From NCBI GenBank assembly GCA_004431415.1, contig QPMI01000086.1, positions 1 through 52,917 on the forward strand: DNA of 52,917 nucleotides, written 5' to 3'. Below the pieces are notes generated by a model, which saw only the letters and a list, made by a program, of their open reading frames with translations, had not been told where the DNA came from and made no database searches. Shown piece by piece: positions 1 to 10,878 of the stretch; positions within the stretch are counted from its first letter, which is position 1; each line of letters opens with the position of its first letter. Source of the DNA: Cyanophora paradoxa CCMP329 (lineage: Eukaryota > Plantae > Glaucophyta). Both the position numbers and the translations under genes were made by a program.

Positions 1-608
1 CCATTCACTCGACCATCAGTAAAGATTCCATCAGTGAGAGCATCATAAACTTGGGATTTGATTGGGGAATTCCATATCTTCCAGGATCAAGACCAAGCAG
101 TCTAGCTGAACTCAATAGCTTTTGGATTGTTTGTTGGCTTGGTTTACAGCAAGTGAGAAAGCCAGGTAAAAAGGCACTGCCGAGTGGAATATAATTCGTT
201 TCAGTGACTCATCCCATTTGCAGCGAATGGATGGTTGGGAGTTCTGCCAATGAATTTTGAGTTGATTACATTCACCAGCTGTTGGTGGCTTTGGATGGGG
301 GTCTCGCGATTTACCATGAATTGTTTCCATTGTTCAAAATCAGCAGCTGGGCGAGTTGTTGGAATTCCTGAGCTTCCAGCTCCTGGAGTTTGTTCAGAAT
401 AATAAATACTAAATGTGTTATCAACTGTTACATCTCCTGCTTTGGTTTCACCACTCACCATAGGGATGCTGTTATAAAATTCGGCTGAGACCAGTCTCAC
501 AGCCCTCACATTCTCATAACTACTGGGGAGTCTAGCCACAAAGCTTGATGTGGGACCATCACCAGAGATTGTATTAAATGAGCTAACCTCGATGTAATCC
601 ACAGGCAT
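1..608 (-). CDS. Minor capsid/penton-like protein 1 (frameshifted in this sequence; runs off the window start)
   Basis: N-terminus YIEVSSFNT...SSFVARLPSSYENVRAVRLVSAEFYNS matches the NCLDV/PLV penton N-terminal pattern. A shifted frame near 80-110 gives ARLLGL, resembling the LLGF motif of these proteins. Confidence 0.65.
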
Positions 609-636
609 TCTTCTTTTATCTATATTATATATTAAA

Positions 637-1566
637 ATGAACCGGCTTGTTAATATTGATAGCAGGGATAGAAGCCAAGGACAAAATGAAAACTCTTACA
701 GGGTCACCCTCACAACTCCAGTAGAGAGACCAAGGGAATGCAGGGTTCTCTATGCAGAGATTCCAAACAGTATCTATAACAGTGTGGGAACTGATCATCT
801 AACAGTTCAGTTTAATTACCAAGATGGTTCATATAACCAAGTGATCACACAACAAGTGTATCCCCTTCCCAGTGGCTACATCAATCAGGGTCATTTTGGG
901 GTAACACACCCTTATAATTATGGGCTGAACTATTCAAGCTTCCAAACCATTGCAGGCAAACAGTAGCTTTTTGAGTTCAAGATATTCTACAATCCAACTA
1001 CCTATAAAGTGGAGTTTTACAGTAATCATGAGTTTCGTTTTATTGCAAGCAACAAGCGAATAGGGAAGCTTTTGGGTGTGAGTTCTACTGAATACACCAC
1101 TGGTATTATAGCACTCCTCCTGTTGGTGGATCTCCCTATCGACCTGAGAACTTTTTAAAGTTATGATGGCAAACCTATTACACCTGATCACCCAGCATGG
1201 GAATCACCTTCTCAGGACCCAGACTCTCCTCTAAGCCCTTGCCAATATTATTTTGACAGCAGGAAGATGTCTGATATGAATGCTGAGCAGTATCTGTACA
1301 TGCATATTAAAGAGCTGTCCCCCTTTGCCAGCAGACACAATATAATTCCAAAATCCAACCACAAAACCAGGGAGCTATCCTTAGATTGCAATTGAGTAAG
1401 GATATAGGGGCTATGTTTACCATAGTGGTGAGCATGCAGAATTTATTCAAATCAATGACAGAAACCTGGTGATAAGGAACTCACAGTTGAGTTTAAAGAT
1501 TACTTTGGTGAACTGATTGATATGAATGGAATCGATAATTCGTTTCAGTTGGAGTTTATCGAATAA
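637..1566 (+). CDS. Minor capsid/penton protein 2 (single jelly-roll; several frameshifts)
   Basis: Starts MNRLVNIDSRDR...YRVTL...VLYAEIPNSIYN. Later frames give IGKLLGV, EQYLYMHIKEL and the C-terminal FKDYFGELIDMNGIDNSFQLEFIE* (stop 1564-1566), which are typical penton motifs. Confidence 0.8.
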
Positions 1567-3101
1567 AGGCACCTGTAAAGTCCACTCTCATTGTGGGAGC
1601 ATTCACATACACAAGGGGATAAATGCGAATATATTTGATTCTCAGAGAAAAACCTATGTAAAAAGCATCCTTGATGCTGAGAGGAAATCCACTCAATAAA
1701 GCAACATCACCTGAGTTGTGAGCATTGTTGATGTTCTCACAGACATATATTTTGTTCTGCCCATCTGATCGAATAAAAGACCAGTTGATCCCATCAGTGG
1801 ATGTTGCCACATTGAAAGTCTTAATAAAAGCATTGGTGTCCCCTGATCCATAGGCAATCACAGAAGAGAGTTCAAAAGTATATGGAAAAGCAACTTGTAG
1901 GTATTCAGTGGGGTTTCCCATATCTGTTCAGGAGCATAGGCTCCAGCTTCCCAGCCAAATGCTGAAGGTCTAGCCATGAAAGCTCTTTACCAGTCACAGA
2001 GGATGAGGCAGTGAAGGCATCATCTGCAAGCTGATACCAATTAGCATCCAAAGGTGGTGATGTAGTGAGAGTGGATGAGATGTAAGCCTTTGTAGGGTTC
2101 TTTAATTCATAGTTTGCTACTAGAATGCTGCAAAGCTTATTAATCATATCATTGTTTGCTGCTATGTATGTTTCTGTGAAAGAAAGCATATCTGGGATTT
2201 TAGAAGTGTCATCCAGGGAGCTTACTATGTGATTCGGAAGACGGTACTGATAACCTATAGTATCTCCCATAATCCTGATCATAGTTGTAGGTAACAACTC
2301 CTCCATCTTATCAAGGGCAGAAAGCTCACTTGCAGCCATGAGCATGTAATCAATGGGCTTCCATCTGTTGAGGCAATCCATGAGAGAATGCCCAGCTGTT
2401 GACAGTCTCATAAGCATAACCCACATAATCAGACTCTAAATGTGGGTCCACCTCTCCACAGAGATACTTATTACTATAATGTCATCATCATCACTGTAAA
2501 TCTTCTTTGCATGGCTGTAACCACACACACTGGATTATTGTTTCCCGAAATGGCACCATCAATGAGACAGACATATACTCCCCGATTGAAATCAACAATG
2601 CTTACAGGTGAAAAGTATGTAGGAGCAGCAGAAGTAGCCCTAGCAGCAATCTTACAGGGCATAAAGTTGTAATTGTTATCATTGTGATAAATATTGGTTT
2701 CATATTCTGAGTATCAAAGATGTAATCACAATGTCCTTTAGGGAATCCTGTATTAGTGATTCCCCAGTAACTGAATTGATTGCAGTCTCCAAGGGTCCCA
2801 CATCATACTTTGTGTTAAATAGGGCATTTTCAATGATATTTCGAGGATTGCGAAAATCAAAGGCAGTTGAGTTAGGTAAATATTGTGTAAATCGTTTGCT
2901 GTCAGTTTAGGTTCACCTGGTCTATCAGGATGCCTTATATTCAACCTATTGCAATGATCCCACCAGTGGAAGTTCCACTCACAAGATCCACAAGATCGAT
3001 TATTCTCCTGCCAGTTCGATTTTCGATTTCTTTAGCAGCCTGGTTATGATAATGCCCCTTGCACCCCCGCCAGAAAGACTTAAAACGACCTTGAGAGGCA
3101 T
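1556..3101 (-). CDS. Patatin-like phospholipase fused to a C-terminal discoidin (F5/8 type C) domain (frameshifted)
   Basis: Manual translation from ATG at 3101 gives MPLKVVLSLSGGGARGII (Gly-rich loop), then DLVSGTSTGGIIA (GxSxG nucleophile), then LIDGAISGNNNP (catalytic Asp motif, ORF 2474-2662). The C-terminus EYLQVAF...STDGINW...YIRIYP...MRVDF is an F5/8C signature. Confidence 0.82.
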
Positions 3102-3143
3102 CTTTTACTTATCAGGAATTTATAAATCCATATAGTAAAAGCC

Positions 3144-6100
3144 ATGAGCTTCAATTACCCACCAAATCTAGAAACCATTCAAGATGATAATGCAAGCAGC
3201 ACCAAGCATGTGAACTTTGATAATATTAAAGTAAAGGGTTCAGTTTCAATTGACCACAGCTCTGATAATTCATCAAAGACTCAATCAAGGGAGCATGCTT
3301 TATCTGTGAATCAAACCGATCCAGATAAAGAGGATGTCAGTGTAGCCTTTAGTTGGGTAATGTGAAAGCAAACCAAGTGGCAGAGATCAAAGCAACAAGA
3401 AGGAGACCTAGGAAACTAAAAACCAGTGGCACTCACCAGATATACCTTCCAGGTTCGATAGTGGTCGATTGATTTTCAATGTTCAAGATGAGCAGGGCAA
3501 ACAGAACACAGCTTGCGAATTTACAATGAGGGCAGCACTGCAAAAGCTGAGGTCCCCAAGTATTGCAAGTGGGTCCCATTGCCAACACAAATCAGGTCTC
3601 CTACACAAATGATGTATACCCCAAGGATATTACATATGACTTTGCGAGGAATGAGCCTTTTGGGTTTTTACTCCAAAAGATGTCCATCAAAAAAAGCCAT
3701 CAATTACAATCAACAGTAGCCCCAGTCAACCAGTAGCAATCCATTTACATCCTGATTTAGTCGAAATGGATAGGCACCTTTTGCCTTTGTATAGCAATGT
3801 GAAAGACCTTGGAATTAGAACCAGGCAATGGCGAAATATCCATGGCAGCAATGTGTATGCAAATGGGAGAAACTTGTGAGTGAGAAAACTCTAAGGGAAA
3901 TAATTGAGCATTATGGTCCCAATGGACCAACAGTTCCATTCCCTATTCCATTTCCAAATGGACCTCCCGATTTAACACCAAAGAAACAGCCTGGAAGAGA
4001 ATACACAGCAACTGAAGATGTAGCCTTTGGGCAGCATATTGTTAGTTGGGAGCAAGTTCGCAATAAACCTATAATTGAACCCAGAAAGCAAATAGATGAG
4101 CAGTATTACCTCCTGAAGTCGATATATTAGAGCTTGATGAATATCAATTCGTTCCAGATGAGGAAGAGTATTTACCAGATGGTTTCGACCCACAAGAATA
4201 TGAGTATGATCAGTTTGACCCCAATGAGGAGGAGATACTCCCAGATGGTTTTGACCCACAAGAATATGAGTATGAACAGAACTATGAACCTGATGAGGAG
4301 TATTTACCAGATGGTCATGATCCACCAGCTGTTGACTATGAGCAACCTTATGAACCCCATGAGGAATTGTTACCAGATGGATTTCGACCTGAGATCTGGG
4401 AGTTCTTCCCTGATTATGAACAAATTAATAATAAACCTGCAAAGTATCCCCCAGAGGATCACAATCATGATTGGGATGAAATCTTGGGGAAACCTCAAAA
4501 GTATCCACCAGAGAATCACAGGCATGATTGGGGAGAAATTGATGGGATACCTACTGAGTTCCCACCAAGCAAACATGAACATACTTGGGATGAGATCAAT
4601 GACCAACCAGAATTCGCAAAGGTAGAGCCTCTTGATAACTTGGGGGTTTCTCTTTATCAGACTTGTAATGTCCCAGAAAGAATCTTTTTGAATGAACACT
4701 ATGTACATGTGAATGGGACACTTGCAAATTCAGCTATGAGAGGACCACTTCATATTAGGACATTACCAGGCTCTTTGAAACCCACCACCACCAGGAGCAA
4801 CCATACCAAATATCTTTGTGTCAAGCTACATGGAGGCTGACATTCCCACAGATACATTCAGAGTCCCAACAGACCCAGCAACCTACCAAAATTACAACTC
4901 TGCTATACAGGTTCATGTAGCAGATGTAAGCAGCTTAGATGGCTCAAGACCAATGATAGTTTTCAGTCGAGATAAGTATTCCTACATTCCCATAGTGGGA
5001 ACTGCAAATGATAATTATGGAAGGGCAGAGCTTGCATGGATTAAAACAGATTATGGTGGGGTTCTGGAAGCCAATCAAAGAATGGCTGCAAAAAACATAC
5101 ACAATGAGAGCATTTCGAGAGTAGTCACAGAGGATTACCTTCAAGCCCAAAACTACATAGATGAAACAGAGCTGAATGTAATCATTGCAGGTATAGGTGT
5201 AACAGGCAATTACCTCCCTCTCACAGGTGGAATAATTGATGGAACAGTAACAGCATGTAACTTCTTTGTCCATACTGAAAGCAATCAAACCTTTCCTGTG
5301 GTTCATCCAGGAGGTGAGTATGAGATACCTGATGATCCAGCTATTATGCCCATTAAGATTGATCTCCCTTCTGATTATGTTGGAAGGGGTGAACTGAAAA
5401 CGATCTCTTTCACAGGAGATTATAATGATCTCCTCAATAAACCCACCCCATCCAATTTACACCCTGTTGCATACTCAGGTAGTTTCCTTGATCTGAATAA
5501 TAGATCACACACCCACACAAAGGCAGAAATTATAGATTTGCACACACTCACACCAAATCCCAGATAACAGATTTTGCTCACTTCCACACCAGAGCAGATA
5601 TTACGAATTTCGCTCACACTCATGTTAAATCTGAGATCTTAGATCTCGGAAATGTTGCATATGTTGGTCACACCCATACCAAGGCAGAGATTACAGATCT
5701 TGGAAATGTTGCATATGTAGGTCACACCCACACTAAGGCAGAGATTACAGATTTTGCACATACTCATGATTGGAATACAGATATTTATAACAAACCAGCG
5801 ATTTTCTCGGGCAACTACAATGATCTGACAAATAAACCCACCCTTGATCCCTTTACAGCAAATAATATCACTGCAAATGCAAACCTTCTCATTGGATCAG
5901 GTTACTTTCTCGATTATGACCCATATATTATGCCTGATCCTCCTGTTATTTGGAATTTCCACAATTCAACCCTTTCTACTAACTCTATATCTTACTATCA
6001 GGATAAAACCCTACTTGTTCGTGGAAATGCATATGCAAGAGAAATGTGGGTCATGGATCCTCGGGACAATTCAAAGGTTACTAAGCTGGCTCCTCAATAC

Positions 6101-6408
6101 ATGCTTGATAACCTGATTAGAAAAGGGAGACATGAAATGACAATTGCAAATCCTCAAATTGGGGCAGTTCAGCAAGGCAAAACCATACCATTACATTAAA
6201 TTGGAGTCCTGCCTTTGCATCTGCTCCATCTGTTGTTGTAACATTGCAGGGACTACCTGCAACAAATGTGGAAATCGATTATAAAATAGGAATATCAAGC
6301 AACTCAACAACCTCTACCACAATCAATCTTGTTATTTGGGCAGCAGGATGGGTAACCATTCAACCACAGTGGCTTCAAATTGCAATTCATTGGATAGCAA
6401 CAGCATAA
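3144..6408 (+). CDS. Long virion fibre/adhesin-like protein (split by frameshifts; may be 1-2 genes)
   Basis: Consecutive + fragments contain acidic LPDGFDPxEYEY repeats (~4150-4400), HxHxWxEIxxKP repeats, FSGxYNDLxNKP, HTHTKAEITD repeats (~5505-5770) and YLPLTGG, all typical of phage tail fibres. The C-terminal FASAPSVVVT...IHWIATA* resembles an H-type-lectin/gp53-like tip. Confidence 0.65.
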
Positions 6409-6433
6409 TTAAGATTCTCACACTATTACAAAG

Positions 6434-7493
6434 ATGACCTCTCTATTAGAAATCCCAATTATGAACTTGCAGCCAAATCACTCCATAGCACCTCTCATGG
6501 AGTAGTTGATTCAACACCTGGGTATATTTGCACTGAAACTTCAAGTAATACCTCTTTCACAGAGAATAATATACTCAGAGTCAAAGAGATTAGATGTGAT
6601 CGAAATGGAGGCAAGATTAGAACCACAGGCATTATAATCTCGAATAAAAATCAAGTCCAATCAGTCAGGTAGTCCCGGATTCAGCAATATATGATAATGT
6701 GGGTGGAGTCACCACAGCACAGATAGTGACTTTTGGAACACAAGCAATAATTCCGCTCTTGTAGTCAAGAGTGGAGGAGCCTACATTGGAGATGGAGCAA
6801 ATGTAGCAGAACTGTCACAGCAAATCAACTATCTGTGAGTGGGACAAGTAGTTTTGGTGGGTATATGAATCTCAATGGTGGGCTTTCAGGGAATATTCAG
6901 TATGGAACACTCACGCTTTCCACAAGAATAACACACCTGAGATTGACAACATGAGTGACACAGTCATGAATTACAAGAGGAATGGGACACCATCTTTTCT
7001 CTTCAAAAAACAACTCAAATAGATAACACAACTGTTCAACATCTGACACTTCCGACAAGCAAATATCTCAAATTAAGTAGCCATCCTCGTTTCTTTGCAA
7101 CAAAACAGCAACCAAATGGGTCAATAACTGCAACAATTTCCTCAATAAATATATATCCAACAACAGGAGTCATAGTGAACCAAGGAAATCATTTCGATCC
7201 TGCGACAGGGCTTTTTACTGCCCTGTTACAGGAAACTATCTTGTCACATTTAGTGGATCCTGTTATTGGACTGGAAGAACAACTAATATTGTTACATTTT
7301 ACAGAAAAACGGAAGCTCATCTGGAATTGAAGTTAATACTAATTATGCATCTGCATATGCAAACAATGGGTTCGAAATTATTGTAGACCTTCAAGCCAAT
7401 GATTCCATCAGAATATCATATAATAGCAGTGGTGGAGGTTCTATATATTATAATATCAGATGGTTCTTTGGATGTATGCTTGTCCATTCATAA
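6434..7493 (+). CDS. Fibre paralog A: shared N-terminal module plus C1q-like head (frameshifted, absent from ORF track)
   Basis: Manual translation gives ILRVKEIRCDRNGGKIRTTG...ALVVKSGGAYIGDGA and then HPRFFA...NQGNHFDPATGLFTAPVTGNY (C1q motif). DNA is similar to 7516-8533. Confidence 0.72.
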
Positions 7494-7515
7494 TATTGTC
7501 TACATAATATAAAGA

Positions 7516-8533
7516 ATGTCTACACAAATAGCAGTTCCTGTTTTCTGTTATGCTGCCCGAAATTACATCAACTCAATCACACAGTAACAGATGCAACCCC
7601 TGGGTTTATTTGCACTGAAACAACAGGAGCCGATTCGTTTTCTCAAAACTCTGTGATCAGATGCAAAGAAATTCGATGTGATCGCAATGGGGGCAAGGTG
7701 AGAACCACAGGTTTAATAGTTTCAAACAAGAACCAAGTTCAATCAGGTCAGATAGTCTCAGATTCCACAATATATGATGATGTAGGAGGGTTCACCACAC
7801 CCAAAATAGTAACATTTAACAATACAATCAATAACTCTGCTCTTGTTGTGAGAAGTGGAGGAGCTTACATTGGAGATGGGGCAAGGGTTGATGGAACCCT
7901 AACAGCAAATCAGGTAAGTATTACAGGAACAAGCACCTTTACAGGATTGGTAACAGCAAATGCTGGTATTTCACTACCAATTGCCTCACAATCCATAATC
8001 ACAGCAACAAACAAGGTTGTCACACCAGAAATCGATACAGGAGCCAATGTAGACCTTCTTCTCAAACGAAATAGTAACACTGTCGCTACTCTGGAAGCGA
8101 ATAGTTTGACAGTTAATACAGGGTGTTATCTCAAAACATCACATCCACGATTTTCAGTTCAACTTGGCTACAATCACACTGCTACAACTTCTGCTGATCT
8201 AATAAACTGGGCAACAGTTCGAGTAAACAATACCAATTCATTCAGCACATCAACTGGAAGGTTCACAGCACCTGTTGCAGGACACTATCGTTTTTCAGTA
8301 TTCACTTCTTCAACCACAACTTCTGCTATTGAATTGTTTCTCAGGGTAAACAATGCAGATCCAGGGGATTGAGCATTTCCCAAGTTCACAATCTGTCAAC
8401 AACAAATAAAGCGCTGTGTTTCTCTTGCATTCTCAATCTTGCCCAAAACGAATTTGTTACACTTGTTACAAATTCAGTCGGTTCATATGCAAGTCAAACA
8501 GCCTTCTCAGGTGAATTAATAAGCATCGTTTAA
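7516..8533 (+). CDS. Fibre paralog B: shared N-terminal module plus C1q-like head
   Basis: ORF 7653-8372 has KEIRCDRNGGKVRTTG, SGGAYIGDG and FSTSTGRFTAPVAGHYRFS (C1q). A shifted frame ends FSGELISIV* at 8533; likely start ATG 7516. Confidence 0.78.
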
Positions 8534-8555
8534 TTTTCTTATGGTAGTTTAGGAA

Positions 8556-8822
8556 ATGTCGAATATTTACCAAGTGGTTCTATCTGATATTGAGAAGTTG
8601 GGAATGGAATTTTGTGCTGCTTCTGTTCAGGATTGGATCGATAATGCTGCCCATAACAGAGCAAGAATTGCAATTGATGAGATTGTTCAGAAAGAAATCC
8701 ATTCTTGCATCTCAGGTGGAGTTCAAATACCAACCTCAAAGGAAGCGATTGTATTACAGGCATTCCAAAGGGGAACTGTGAAGAAAGCAATTGAGTATAA
8801 CAATGTCACAGAAGAGCTGTGA
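8556..8822 (+). CDS. Small phage-like protein, putative fibre-associated/assembly partner
   Basis: Intact 88-aa ORF. The motif SVQDWIDNAAHNRARIAIDEIV...IPTSKEAIVLQAF resembles small proteins I recall adjacent to C1q fibre genes in tailed phages (recollection, not searched). Confidence 0.6.
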   Translation: MSNIYQVVLSDIEKLGMEFCAASVQDWIDNAAHNRARIAIDEIVQKEIHSCISGGVQIPTSKEAIVLQAFQRGTVKKAIEYNNVTEEL

Positions 8823-8857
8823 ACATTATTTTTCTTTCCTTCTTAGTAAAAGAAGCA

Positions 8858-9703
8858 ATGGGTGAATATAATCGAGTTCAACTGCCTATATATTCCCTTG
8901 GATCCCCAGCAATGCACTTTCGCCAGCATGAAGTTAATGATGAGGTTCGTGGTTTAGAATCCACAGAGAGACCCAATTCCAATGGCAACTCCTTTGATAA
9001 AAATTCGATTATTCGAGTTAAAGAGCTGAGAGCTGATAAGAATTCTGGTGTGGTTAAAACAACTCGACTTCTTGTCACAAATGCTAACTTCTTTCAGCCT
9101 ACTAATGGAGGTCCTGATGCTTACAGTGTTGATCTGAAAGCCCTTGATTATGATAAAAACACTGCTGCTGTAACTGTGAGATCAGGAGGAGCATTTATTG
9201 GTGGTGGCTGCAGAGTTTCAGGTCAACTTTCATCCTCAATTTCGTATAATGATGTCCCAGATACTCTTGAACAAAATGTAGAGAACCCACAACGAATTCG
9301 ATTATATATACCAGTTGCACAACAGCCAGTTATTCAATTTTACCAAGGTTATACTGTCACACTTGAAAACTCTGAATTGATTGAAGGAACCAAAAGAGTA
9401 ATGAGAGGGCTGGTCATTCCTTCTGCAATGCTTTCTTTATGTAGAGCCAACAATAACCAGCCAGGTCACAGATACAATTTCAGTGTTCAGGGATATGATC
9501 ATTTTGGCACAGGGTTCTGTGTTTATAATAACAATTTCACCTATGATCTGTTTGTTACAGATATTGGAAAATATACAATTACAGTTATGGGTATCAGAAC
9601 AGATATAGCTGCTGTCTCAGCTCTTAGAGGTGTTACTCCTGATACTCTTTCTCAAACAGGGTTTTACCAAGAGCCAGATGTAATTGATGACCCAACCCCA
9701 TAA
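8858..9703 (+). CDS. Fibre paralog C: shared N-terminal module plus phage-fibre-type C-terminal domain
   Basis: Intact ORF (track 8819-9703; likely start MGEY). Contains IRVKELRADKNSGVVKTTRLLVTNANF, SGGAFIGGG and C-terminal YTITVMGIRTD. Confidence 0.72.
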   Translation: MGEYNRVQLPIYSLGSPAMHFRQHEVNDEVRGLESTERPNSNGNSFDKNSIIRVKELRADKNSGVVKTTRLLVTNANFFQPTNGGPDAYSVDLKALDYDKNTAAVTVRSGGAFIGGGCRVSGQLSSSISYNDVPDTLEQNVENPQRIRLYIPVAQQPVIQFYQGYTVTLENSELIEGTKRVMRGLVIPSAMLSLCRANNNQPGHRYNFSVQGYDHFGTGFCVYNNNFTYDLFVTDIGKYTITVMGIRTDIAAVSALRGVTPDTLSQTGFYQEPDVIDDPTP

Positions 9704-9726
9704 AAGATATATCCCTTTAATGTAAA

Positions 9727-10560
9727 ATGGCTGAGCAACCCCCACTTGAACGAATTATTACACCACAGCTATCATTAGCTGCCCCAGCAAACCATGTTCT
9801 ACAGCATGCTACCTTTGATGATGTAGAGGGTCTCCAATCGACAGAGGTCCAACCTACAATGAACACCTTTGGTTCCACCCATAAACTGAGATTACAGGAA
9901 CTCAGATGTGATAAAAATAATGGAATAGTTAAGACAACTAAGCTACTTGTTACCAATGCAAACTTTTCTGCTCATTATGGAGACCCAGATAGCTATGGAG
10001 ATCCTCTTTCTACTTATTCTTTTGAATCTAGGTCGGGAGCTATTAACTGCAAATCGGGGGGAGCTTATATTGGTGATGGTCTTAGGGTTGGTGGGGCTGT
10101 TGGAGCGCCTCTATTTGTGAATGATCAACCCAATCCCATTGATCCCAACACAAGAATTCGAACCTATGTCCCCAGCATGAATGCCCCCTATATAATCAAG
10201 ATATTCCCCATTGTTGTGAATGAACAAACAGCAGTAGTAGATTCTCTTGTTGAGATTGGTGACCACTACAAGGTAGTTGTGGATATTCCACCAGATGTTT
10301 ATGCTCTTTGTCAAGTAGAGGGTGGAACTCCTAATTTTGCAGTTGTGATCACCCCATATGATAATTTTGGTATTGCTTATCATGGAGTCAATTTCGGTTT
10401 GGAAGACTATCAGTTTCTGGTTAGAGCCACCAAGTTTGGTATCTACAAGTGTGTATTATATGCTGAGAGAACCGATTTTATTGCAAAGCAGAATACCTAT
10501 GCTGAATACTATGGGACAAATCGATATTTCCCCATTTTCGGGCAGGATACTGCTCCATAA
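9727..10560 (+). CDS. Fibre paralog D: shared N-terminal module plus phage-fibre-type C-terminal domain
   Basis: Intact 277-aa ORF with LRLQELRCDKNNGIVKTTKLLVTNANF, SGGAYIGDG, FVNDQPNPIDPNTRIR and ITPYDNFG...VLYAERTD; paralogous to C. Confidence 0.75.
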   Translation: MAEQPPLERIITPQLSLAAPANHVLQHATFDDVEGLQSTEVQPTMNTFGSTHKLRLQELRCDKNNGIVKTTKLLVTNANFSAHYGDPDSYGDPLSTYSFESRSGAINCKSGGAYIGDGLRVGGAVGAPLFVNDQPNPIDPNTRIRTYVPSMNAPYIIKIFPIVVNEQTAVVDSLVEIGDHYKVVVDIPPDVYALCQVEGGTPNFAVVITPYDNFGIAYHGVNFGLEDYQFLVRATKFGIYKCVLYAERTDFIAKQNTYAEYYGTNRYFPIFGQDTAP

Positions 10561-10582
10561 GAATATTGGTTATATATAGAGT

Positions 10583-10855
10583 ATGGATAGTAAAACAAAA
10601 AAGTTTATTGATGCTGCTATGACAGTCCATGGTAAAGATAAATTCGATTACAGTGAGACACATTACATCAAAGCTCAAGAGAAAGTATCTGTTAGATGTT
10701 TGCAATGTAACAAGGTGATCCTAACATATCCCTTTAATCATGTGAAGGGATCAGGGTGTAGGGACTGTAACAAAAGAAAGAGTCAAGCACACAGGAAAAG
10801 GGCTACTTCATCAATCAGAGTAGAGTATAGGGATATTTGCATTAGGTTTGACTAG
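10583..10855 (+). CDS. Zn-ribbon protein (DUF723/homing-endonuclease-associated repeat)
   Basis: FIDAAMTVHGKDKFDYSETHY...KVSVRCxxC...HVKGSGCRDC matches the repeat found in phage and giant-virus endonucleases; no nuclease domain is attached. Confidence 0.7.
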   Translation: MDSKTKKFIDAAMTVHGKDKFDYSETHYIKAQEKVSVRCLQCNKVILTYPFNHVKGSGCRDCNKRKSQAHRKRATSSIRVEYRDICIRFD

Positions 10856-10878
10856 TTAATTTTTCTAAGGTATTCTTA

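Noticed and set aside
4134-4625. Met/Asn-rich 163-aa ORF
   Set aside because: It is an off-frame reading of the acidic LPDGFDP repeat region of the fibre gene.
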